Part shown: positions 57,001 to 64,000 of the stretch, one piece after another
Numbering within the stretch: the stretch's first letter is position 1
Layout: each line of letters starts with the position of its first letter
Source of the DNA: Candidatus Magasanikiibacteriota bacterium
GTDB lineage: Bacteria; Patescibacteriota; Patescibacteriia; Magasanikbacterales; GWA2-37-8
Length of the DNA stretch: 64,000 bases
Assembly: GCA_023246655.1 (NCBI GenBank)
Contig: JAHFHX010000003.1
Location: 24,875 to 88,874, forward strand
Reading direction: 5' to 3'
Position numbers and translations under genes: made by a program
The notes under the pieces: model-generated
Told to the model about the DNA's origin: nothing
Seen by the model: the letters and a program-made list of their open reading frames with translations, nothing else
The model's database searches: none

Positions 57001-57083
57001 TTCCCGTCTCCTTGATGACGGTTAGGGTTTAGGAACCAAATTTACCCTAACACCAATTTAACTAATCCGTCAATAGATCGCTG

Positions 57084-57114
57084 CAAAACAAAAACTGCCC
57101 TCTGGGGGCAGCTG
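57084..57114 (-). terminator. rho-independent terminator after gap
   Basis: On the minus strand, stem ctgccc / gggcag with a 5-nt loop, then TTTTTGTTTT. Confidence 0.55.
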
Positions 57115-57144
57115 TTATGAACAAAAATCAATTATTCCAAACCG

Positions 57145-58161
57145 TCATGGCCTTCCTTGCCTTTCGCCTATCGTCTCTACTAATTTCGCCAATTGCGTCA
57201 CATATCCCCACTCGTTATCATACCAGGCTTGGACAAATACTTGGGTACCACCAGTAACCAAGGTGGACAGAGTGTCAATGGTCGCACCATAGGGGGAACG
57301 AATGTAATCCACTGAAACCAAACCAACTTCTGAGGTTGCTAAACGATTGGGATGCACTTGGGCAGCGTTTTTAAATAATTCATTCACCTCGCCAGCGGTG
57401 GTTGGCTTGTTTACTTCTGCCACAAAACTCAAAATTGATGGCACTGCTACTGGCACACGCAAGGCATTGCCATCGAGTTTACCCAAAAGTTCGGGAATTA
57501 CTTTGCCAATGGCTTTGGCCGCTCCGGTTGACGTTGGCACTATTGACATCCCGGCCGCGCGTGAACGCCGAAAACTTTTATCTTTGTGCGGGTTGTCTAC
57601 TAAATGTTGGTCGTTAGTATAGGCATGTGTTGTAATCACCGTACCATGTTTAACACCAAAAGCCTCATGCAAAATTTTAACAACTGGCGCGAGGCACGTG
57701 GTGGTGCATGAGGCAGCAGAAATTATTTTATGTTTGGCCGGATCAAATAATTCATGGTTAATTCCATAAATCATAGTAATATCCTCATCTTTGGTGGGGG
57801 CGCTGATAACTACATATTTAGCTCCGGCTGCCAAATGCTTTTCCGAAGCTGCCCGATTCTTAAACACTCCAGTTGATTCAATTACCACATCAACATCATA
57901 ACTTCCCCAAGGCGCTCGCTCTAACTCATTTTCATGGTGCAAAGGAATGTTCTTACCATCAATAACAAGCATCTCATTACCTACAAACGAAACTGGCCAC
58001 TCCCACGGTCCATAGACTGAATCATATTTTAACAGGTGGGCATAAATATCCGCCCCCGAACGACTATTAATTGCAACAAGCTCAAACACTGGGTTACCCC
58101 AGATAACACGAGTAAGAATACGACCGATACGGCCGAAGCCGTTGATAGCGATGCGAAGCAT
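57145..58161 (-). CDS. gap: glyceraldehyde-3-phosphate dehydrogenase
   Basis: Motifs MLRIAINGFGRIGR and ASCTTTCLAPV (catalytic Cys). Confidence 0.95.
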   Translation of the reverse strand: MLRIAINGFGRIGRILTRVIWGNPVFELVAINSRSGADIYAHLLKYDSVYGPWEWPVSFVGNEMLVIDGKNIPLHHENELERAPWGSYDVDVVIESTGVFKNRAASEKHLAAGAKYVVISAPTKDEDITMIYGINHELFDPAKHKIISAASCTTTCLAPVVKILHEAFGVKHGTVITTHAYTNDQHLVDNPHKDKSFRRSRAAGMSIVPTSTGAAKAIGKVIPELLGKLDGNALRVPVAVPSILSFVAEVNKPTTAGEVNELFKNAAQVHPNRLATSEVGLVSVDYIRSPYGATIDTLSTLVTGGTQVFVQAWYDNEWGYVTQLAKLVETIGERQGRP

Positions 58162-58219
58162 AAAGCTTGGAAAGCTTAGAAAGCTGGGGAAACTTGGGAG
58201 GTGGTGCCCATCGACCAGT

Positions 58220-58570
58220 CTAACTGAGAGATTCTATTAATTTATTGAGCAAAAAGCCAATCTCACGAACTCTTTGTAATTGTCGATCTAATTCTTGTTG
58301 AGTAATATATAGTAATCCTACCGCCAATTCCAGATAACATTGACACTCGTTCAGTGATCCCTTCGATATATATAAATAGCGAATAAAATCTTTATCCGTT
58401 TGTTTTCCTCTTCCTTCTACAACATTCGCCATCACTGACACTGCCGCACGTCGTAGTTGGCTGATTAAACCAAACAACTCTTCTTTTGGAAATTTTTTTG
58501 TCAACTTATAAATATCTAGCACAAACGCTAACGCCTTCTGCCAAACTAATAACTTGTGATAATCATGCAT
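58220..58570 (-). CDS. four-helix-bundle protein (23S rRNA intervening-sequence protein family)
   Basis: LLVWQKALAFVLDIYKLTKKFPKEELFGLISQLRRAAVSVMANVVEGRGK is typical of the PF05635 family. Confidence 0.8.
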   Translation of the reverse strand: MHDYHKLLVWQKALAFVLDIYKLTKKFPKEELFGLISQLRRAAVSVMANVVEGRGKQTDKDFIRYLYISKGSLNECQCYLELAVGLLYITQQELDRQLQRVREIGFLLNKLIESLS

Positions 58571-58629
58571 ATCTTACCTGCTCCTTAGGGCATCCCAAGC
58601 CTTTCCCAGCCTTCCTAGCTTCCCAAGCC

Positions 58630-59709
58630 TTACACAATACTCACCTCACTACACAAATACACATCCTGCACCGCATTGAGCAATTTAATTCCTTCCGCCA
58701 GTGGCTTCTGAAAAGATTTCCGACCAACAATTAACCCCATCCCACCGGCTCGCTTGTTAATGACAGCTGTTTTCACTGCTTCTGCTAAATCACTTGCGCC
58801 ACCACTCTCCCCGCCGGAGTTAATAAGACCAACTCGCCCCGCAAAACCGTTTACCACTTGGTAACGACACAAATCAATTGGATGGTCACTGCATAAATCG
58901 GTGTACATTTTTTCGGAATATTTTCCAAATTTCTTATCACCCTGGTTCAAAGCCTTGTAGCCGCCATTCCTCATCGGCAACTTTTGCTTTACAATGTCAG
59001 CCTCGATCGTTGCACCAAGATGGTTGGCTTGGCCCGTGAGATCAGCGGCGTCATGATAGTCCACACCGTCAACCTTGAAAGCATTGTTACGTAGATAACA
59101 CCAGAGCACGGTGAACATTCCTTTTTTGTGAGCTTCCGCAAACGCTGCGGAGACTTCTTGAATTTGGCGTTTGGATTCTGGCGAACCAAAATAAATCGTA
59201 GCCCCCACACCCGCCGCGCCCATGTCCTACGCTTGTTGCACCGAACCGAACATAATTTGATCGTAGTCATTGGGGTATCGCAAAAAATCATTGTGGTTCA
59301 ATTTTACAATAAAGGGAATTTTGTCCGCGTATTTTTTGCTCACCATTCCTAAAACCCCAAACGTCGATGCCACTGCATTGCATCCACCTTCCACAGCAAG
59401 TTTGACAATACGTTCCGGGTCAAAATAGTCCGGGTTCTTGGCAAAACTGGCGCCCGCACTATGTTCAATTCCCTGGTCAACCGGGAGAATAGAAACGTAA
59501 CCGGTTCCAGAGAGTCGCCCATAATCGCGCATCTTCTTTAAACTCTTAAGCACCGCTGGCGTCCGGTCGGAAATACTTAACACATCATCAATAAAACTTG
59601 GGCCTGGCGCGTGCAAACGGTCTTTGGACATTTTGGGAGAATTAAAGGCGAGTAAGTTGTCGCTGTCGCTACCAAGAAGTTGTTGAATGATTGAATAGAG
59701 TTGGGACAT
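58630..59709 (-). pseudogene. fbaB: class I fructose-bisphosphate aldolase (DhnA/FbaB type) interrupted by an in-frame TAG (59227-59229)
   Basis: Both halves align end-to-end with E. coli FbaB ([55 protein letters not shown]). The TAG sits where E. coli has Phe in EQAFNMGA. Confidence 0.75.
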
Positions 59710-59733
59710 AAAAAAAATTTCAATTTACAATTT

Positions 59734-60099
59734 CTAATTTTCAATTACCATTTCATCTTCAGTCCTCCACGCTGGATCGACAATGCAAATAAATTCAAGA
59801 TCTTCGTTCCCAACATTCTCAATATACTGAATACTTTCCGGAGGAATATAAATCGTATCACGTTCGCCCACTGTTTTAACCTCCTCTCCAATATACACCT
59901 TTCCAATTCCTTTAATAATAAAATAAACTTCAGTTGTCTTAAGCGCGTGTCTAAGAGATTTCTTGCCTGGTGCTAATCGTGCGTGAGCCAGACTATAGCG
60001 ACAAGCCACAGAATCGTTTAACCCGCTTAAAGTCTCTCGCAAAACCGTATTATCTCCAGCAATAATTTCTTTACAATCATCAAATCGTTTCACTAACAT
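59734..60099 (-). CDS. cupin-domain protein
   Basis: Cupin-2 motifs YFIIKGIGKVYIGEE and IYIPPESIQYIENVG. 121 aa. Confidence 0.65.
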   Translation of the reverse strand: MLVKRFDDCKEIIAGDNTVLRETLSGLNDSVACRYSLAHARLAPGKKSLRHALKTTEVYFIIKGIGKVYIGEEVKTVGERDTIYIPPESIQYIENVGNEDLEFICIVDPAWRTEDEMVIEN

Positions 60100-60173
60100 A
60101 ACAACATAACAGTTTCATAATATAGCAATCGAACAATTGAACTATTAAACGGGACAGAGATCCTTCGCTCTGC

Positions 60174-61160
60174 TCAGGATGACAGTTTATGATGGGTCTC
60201 CAAAAACCTAACCGTCCCGCTCTTCACCCGCATCACGACCGAATGCGTAACGCAATGATTGGACGTATAACGTACACCTTTCAAGAGCGGTCCGTCAATC
60301 ACACCCGTGGCCGTAAACGTCAAATCCTGGCCCTTGGCCAAATCATCGAGTGTTAAAATTTTAAAAATATCCGTGATACCAAGTTTGTGCAAACGCTCAT
60401 GTTGTTCCGCATTTTTGGGTGCTAATTTCGCCTGAAAATCTCCACCCAAACATTTAATTGCCGCACTCGCCAAAACCGCCTCAGTCGAGGCACCAATTCC
60501 CAGAAGCATATCGATACCGGAATCAGAGAGACTGGGCGCGATCGCGCCGGCTACATCGCCGTCGGTAATCAAGCGCACCCGAGCGCCGGTACAACGAATA
60601 TCTTTGATGAGTTGTTCGTGCCGCGGACGATCAAGTACCAACACAACCATGTCACACATGTCTTTGCCGAGTCGCTTAGCAACTCGTTCAATATTCTCGG
60701 CCGGTGATAATTTCAAATCAATCGCGCCTTTGGCACCAGGCCCGCAGGCAACTTTTTCCATATACATATCCGGCACTTTAAGGAGCGTGCCTTTGGCCCC
60801 CGTCGCGATAACCGCAATGGCATTAGGCCGGCCGTTCGCCACACTATCGGTGCATTCCAATGGGTCAACCGCTATATCTAGTTCCACTCCATTCCCCGTG
60901 CCCAATTTTTCTCCCACATATAATTCTGGCGCTTCATCCTTCTCTCCTTCGCCAATCACTACCTCGCCATGAAAATCAATCTGGTGAAAACGCTGGCGCA
61001 TTTCATTTACCGCGGCTTGGTCAGCCGCTTTGCCATCCCCCCGCCCGGTCCACTCCGCCGCTGCAATCGCCGCCGCTTCGGTGACACGAACAAATTCGAG
61101 TGCTAAGTTACGGTCCATATTCGAAATGAGTGAGAAAAATGAGTGAATGGGTTCAGTCAT
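60174..61160 (-). CDS. glpX: fructose-1,6-bisphosphatase class II (GlpX)
   Basis: Motifs LALEFVRVTEAAAIAAAEWTGRGDGKAADQAAV and GEGEKDEAPELYVGEKLG. 328 aa. Confidence 0.85.
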   Translation of the reverse strand: MTEPIHSFFSLISNMDRNLALEFVRVTEAAAIAAAEWTGRGDGKAADQAAVNEMRQRFHQIDFHGEVVIGEGEKDEAPELYVGEKLGTGNGVELDIAVDPLECTDSVANGRPNAIAVIATGAKGTLLKVPDMYMEKVACGPGAKGAIDLKLSPAENIERVAKRLGKDMCDMVVLVLDRPRHEQLIKDIRCTGARVRLITDGDVAGAIAPSLSDSGIDMLLGIGASTEAVLASAAIKCLGGDFQAKLAPKNAEQHERLHKLGITDIFKILTLDDLAKGQDLTFTATGVIDGPLLKGVRYTSNHCVTHSVVMRVKSGTVRFLETHHKLSS

Positions 61161-61220
61161 TTCCGAGCGAATGAGAATATATGGCGAAGCCTATATAGTT
61201 AAAAGCTTAAAAAGCTAAAA

Positions 61221-61263
61221 AGGCTTACAATGCTTACAAGGCCTCGTGAGCCTTGTAAGCCTT
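61221..61263. repeat. hairpin repeat aggcttacaatgcttacaaggcc...gccttgtaagcc; a second copy lies at 62618-62654
   Basis: 11-bp stem gcttacaaggc / gccttgtaagc. The two copies bracket the gene at 61273-62604. Confidence 0.7.
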
Positions 61264-61272
61264 TACTTCACA

Positions 61273-62604
61273 TTAAAACAAAATCACATACCCTACTAAA
61301 CTACTCCCAATAATCACCGCCATCGCCGCCCCAAATTTGACCGCAAACTTTCGGTTTCCCTGAATAAACGAATATACCGTTTTACTGAGCAAGTTAGTGG
61401 CATTGACCAAAACAAAAGTTAAAACAGCGGTTTTAAAAGTAATCAATTTCCCCGCCAACTCAGCCAGGTTAATAATAATGGCATCAAGCCCAGCAAAGGA
61501 AGCAATGATTGAGCTAATTAAAAATCCGGACTGACCAAAAATTGCCAAACAAACTTTAGTCGCCAGCTTCACGCTCGTTAAGAGCAGTGCAAACTTAAGT
61601 GCCGAGACTAACGAAAAAATTCGTTTCTGTTCTCCAGCTTTTTCGGCCTCACCATTGGTGGCCTCGGGTTGTTTTTTGGTAAGAAAAAAAATGCTCACCA
61701 CTACAGCTGCAACAATAATAATAAGCAGGATCGGCGTTAAGCGCACGAGCCATTGCGGATTTAAGGGTGCTACCAAAAGAAAAACTTGAAAAAAACTCGC
61801 CAAATTGGCCGCTACCGCCGCGCCGAGCAGTGTGTGGACCAAGGCCACGGGCGACCGTTTGCTTTGCTGGGCTAGGGATTGGGTGGTGGAAGTTGAAGAA
61901 ATAAAACCGCCGACAAAACTGGCCATGGTAAAACTTTTTTTATTTCCTAAAATTCTTCCTAAAATATAGCCAAATACATCAATGCCCGTAACCAGTGCCA
62001 CAATAAACCACAGCTTGCGTGGGTTCACTATTTCAATAGTAGCCAGCGCTCCAAGATGGATATTGTACCCATCTAAAATCGTAACCAGAGTAGGAATATC
62101 TTGCAGATGGAAACCACGGTTAGGTAAAAAGGGAAGAATGACAAGTGCAATAATGGCGTAGCTAATAAAAGACTCCGTCTCCTGGGGGGTAATACCAAGC
62201 ATCAGGCGCTTGGTTCGTGCTTTCATTGATAAAATTAAAAGCACTACTACCAGGAGTGCTAAAATAATCTGGATCGAAAGAACTTCGGTCATGACAATCA
62301 CTCCCAATAAAAATGTAAAGACGAGCGAGATTTCAGTGGTGATTCCTGACCGCTTGGTAATAAGTGATCCCACCACATAATAAGCCACAATCAATCCACA
62401 CACCGTGATGGCAGTTACCAAAAAAAGGTTACGAGCTTGAGAATTAAAAAATACTCCGGCGAGCGCCCCCATCAATGAAATCAAGGCGTAGGTCCGAATT
62501 CCGCTTACCGCGGTTGAGCTACTTCTACCACCACTGCTCTCACGCTCCAAACCTAAAAGCGCGCCCAGGAGGGTGGCAAGAAATAGTTTAAGAGGCAGGC
62601 TCAT
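61273..62604 (-). CDS. MgtC/SapB-family membrane protein with a DUF4010-like C-terminal domain
   Basis: N-terminus LLGALLGLERE (MgtC motif), polytopic. 443 aa. Confidence 0.6.
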   Translation of the reverse strand: MSLPLKLFLATLLGALLGLERESSGGRSSSTAVSGIRTYALISLMGALAGVFFNSQARNLFLVTAITVCGLIVAYYVVGSLITKRSGITTEISLVFTFLLGVIVMTEVLSIQIILALLVVVLLILSMKARTKRLMLGITPQETESFISYAIIALVILPFLPNRGFHLQDIPTLVTILDGYNIHLGALATIEIVNPRKLWFIVALVTGIDVFGYILGRILGNKKSFTMASFVGGFISSTSTTQSLAQQSKRSPVALVHTLLGAAVAANLASFFQVFLLVAPLNPQWLVRLTPILLIIIVAAVVVSIFFLTKKQPEATNGEAEKAGEQKRIFSLVSALKFALLLTSVKLATKVCLAIFGQSGFLISSIIASFAGLDAIIINLAELAGKLITFKTAVLTFVLVNATNLLSKTVYSFIQGNRKFAVKFGAAMAVIIGSSLVGYVILF

Positions 62605-62617
62605 AACGTTTGATACC

Positions 62618-62654
62618 AGGCTTACAATACTTGCAAGGCCTTGTAAGCTTTTAT
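62618..62654. repeat. second copy of the hairpin repeat (aggcttacaatacttgcaaggccttgtaagc)
   Basis: Direct repeat of 61221-61263. Tight palindrome cttgcaagg / ccttgtaag. Confidence 0.7.
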
Positions 62655-63184
62655 TTTAAACTTCGTGGATCCTGAATATTATTCCGCAGTTCTTTCCAGG
62701 GATATAGCGGCCACTTCCTAATGAGTCGGCCATAATAATGGGGTTTAAACTGTGTCCATGGCTGTTTGTAGAGTACTGCATAGCGAACCTCGCGTGGCTT
62801 TTTGGTTTTCAGATATTTACTAACCAACTTAAGCGTCTCACCCGATACGGTCATTTCATCCACCACTAAAATTTTTAAACCATGGAGACTACGCTTGATG
62901 CGTTGCGTTAAAATTGGACGACTACGTAAATCTTGAATCTTTCCGCTACGTTGCGTCTTAGAAAAATCAGCTTTGACCGTATAAAGTTGTTTGTTGCCAA
63001 TACAATAGGAAATAAGCGCCGCGGGAATAAGCCCAGAACGCGCGAGGGAGATTATGATATCGGGTTTAAACTTGTCTTCCTCCATTCTGTTTACAATATG
63101 GAGAGTATCATGTTCAACGTCTCGCCAACTCAACTTCACCTCTTCTTTATTTCGCGCATAATACTTCTGCACTATGTGGTTCAT
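62651..63184 (-). CDS. phosphoribosyltransferase-family protein
   Basis: PRPP-binding motif LKILVVDEMTVSGETL. 177 aa. Confidence 0.65.
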   Translation of the reverse strand: MNHIVQKYYARNKEEVKLSWRDVEHDTLHIVNRMEEDKFKPDIIISLARSGLIPAALISYCIGNKQLYTVKADFSKTQRSGKIQDLRSRPILTQRIKRSLHGLKILVVDEMTVSGETLKLVSKYLKTKKPREVRYAVLYKQPWTQFKPHYYGRLIRKWPLYPWKELRNNIQDPRSLK

Positions 63185-63199
63185 AGGTTGGTCACTCGT

Positions 63200-63246
63200 A
63201 CTTTATAAACTTTCAGACTTTACAGACTTTACAGACTTTCAACTTC
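63200..63246. repeat. phased GACTTTAYR repeat block 13 nt upstream of the PRTase start
   Basis: Sequence actttataaactttcagactttacagactttacagactttcaactt. Confidence 0.8.
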
Positions 63247-63894
63247 GTCTCCCTCCCATTCCTTCATAAATTGTTCAATGAACAAGTTGGTAAAACGGAT
63301 CTTGTGCTGTGCAATTCGCCGAGCGGTGGCAGTATTCAGACGATCTGTGAGCTTCAACACTCGTTCATAAAAACTCCCGAGACTGCTTCCTTTATTTTTC
63401 TCCCGCTCATAGGCATATTTTGTTAATTGTTTACGCACCTTCATACCGGGGTCGTAAATCGGCCGGCCATAATAACCACCGGATGCGAACCGTCGCGCTA
63501 CTCCAATCGCTCCAAAACTATCCAAAAAATTAGCATCTTGTACAATTTGACCCTCCAAAGTACGTGGTTTCTTAGTTTCAACACCACCATATTTAATCTC
63601 ATGGGCAATATGTAAAATATTACTTTTGAGCGGATCTTCAATTCCTAAAATATCCATCATGCCAAATAAAATAAGTGGGCCTTTCTCTGCATTAAACGAA
63701 TAATCCGAATGCTCACCGAGATTGTGTAACAGCGCAGCGAATTCAATAAGCTCAAGATCACCGCCCTCTTTGGTCTGAATGAACTGAGCACACTTCCACA
63801 CCCGCTCAACATGATACCAATCATGACCGGATGGCTCATTATAGAGCTTAGATTTTACGTATTCAGCAGTTTTTTGAATAAGTTCTTTGGACAT
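63229..63894 (-). CDS. HD-domain phosphohydrolase
   Basis: SGHDWYHVERV (His...HD) and AALLHNLGEH. 221 aa. Confidence 0.6.
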   Translation of the reverse strand: MSKELIQKTAEYVKSKLYNEPSGHDWYHVERVWKCAQFIQTKEGGDLELIEFAALLHNLGEHSDYSFNAEKGPLILFGMMDILGIEDPLKSNILHIAHEIKYGGVETKKPRTLEGQIVQDANFLDSFGAIGVARRFASGGYYGRPIYDPGMKVRKQLTKYAYEREKNKGSSLGSFYERVLKLTDRLNTATARRIAQHKIRFTNLFIEQFMKEWEGDEVESL

Positions 63895-64000
63895 AGCCGA
63901 ATATATTTTGCTGTAAGCGTATCATATATAATCGAAACGCGTCAATAATCTTGCTCTTTTATGAACCATTGTGTACAATCACCCTACGAGAATTTTGTGC

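Noticed and set aside
55846-57025. Two long plus-strand ORFs (389 and 373 aa) overlapping the PfkB gene
   Set aside because: The region is ~65-68% GC, so all frames lack stops. Only the minus-strand frame contains recognisable PfkB motifs (GAGDSF).
37960-59229. Genome-wide recoding of TAG (or of TGA) as a sense codon
   Set aside because: TAG terminates gyrA, rpmF, femAB and the micro-ORF at the expected protein lengths. TGA terminates miaA and the first large ORF. The two internal TAG codons are therefore better explained as nonsense mutations or base-call errors.
8149-63246. The phased GACTTTAYR tandem repeats as a CRISPR array
   Set aside because: The period is ~9-10 bp with no unique spacers. 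The blocks are short and scattered, and no cas genes are present.

Overview
This ~64 kb window looks like a small-genome bacterium, plausibly from the Patescibacteria (CPR) radiation. That placement is an inference from the sequence alone: short genes, few Shine-Dalgarno sequences, and a ThrS that lacks the N-terminal TGS domain. The main gene content is listed below.

- **Housekeeping genes:** miaA, thrS, a type IV pilus/T2SS ATPase (pilB/gspE-like), ftsH, rpsA, gyrA, a NodB-type polysaccharide deacetylase, tkt, greA, a FemAB peptidyltransferase, rsmE, the rpmF-nusB-rnc cluster, three tRNAs (Arg-CCG, Lys-CTT, Arg-TCG) and a complete livKHMGF ABC transporter operon.
- **Accessory and metabolic genes:** rluA, several SAM-dependent methyltransferases, glmS, a GlmU-like nucleotidyltransferase, yvcK, and a sugar-phosphate cluster. 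The cluster comprises a TrmB regulator, a phosphofructokinase whose residues indicate PPi dependence, a PfkB kinase, gap, a DhnA-type class I aldolase, a cupin and glpX. There is also a SucC/SucD pair close to a citrate-synthase-like (citryl-CoA-lyase-like) gene, and a small Fic / methyltransferase / integrase island.

The most unusual observations are:

- **In-frame repeat insertions.** Two families of dispersed palindromic elements are present. One has the termini tgtcat(c/t)ccgag...ctcgg(a/g)atgaca. The other is a paired-hairpin element, cccctccttcg(t/c)aaggagggg. Both occur intergenically, and both are also inserted in frame inside conserved genes (a PHP-domain gene, sucD, sucC and rsmE), in the manner of Rickettsia palindromic elements (RPEs).
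- **Phased 9-10 bp motif.** A GACTTTAYR-type motif is dispersed through the window. It usually sits directly upstream of start codons and in duplicated modules upstream of the tRNAs.
- **Lysine-rich micro-ORF.** A 25-codon ORF with a strong Shine-Dalgarno sequence and a strong terminator lies just after the tRNA cluster.
- **In-frame amber codons.** One interrupts the class I aldolase and one interrupts a XerC/D-like integrase. TAG otherwise terminates gyrA, rpmF and femAB.
- **High-GC genes.** Two genes of ~60-68% GC (a kinase-like protein and a PfkB kinase) sit in a much lower-GC background.

I found no CRISPR array and no rRNA gene.
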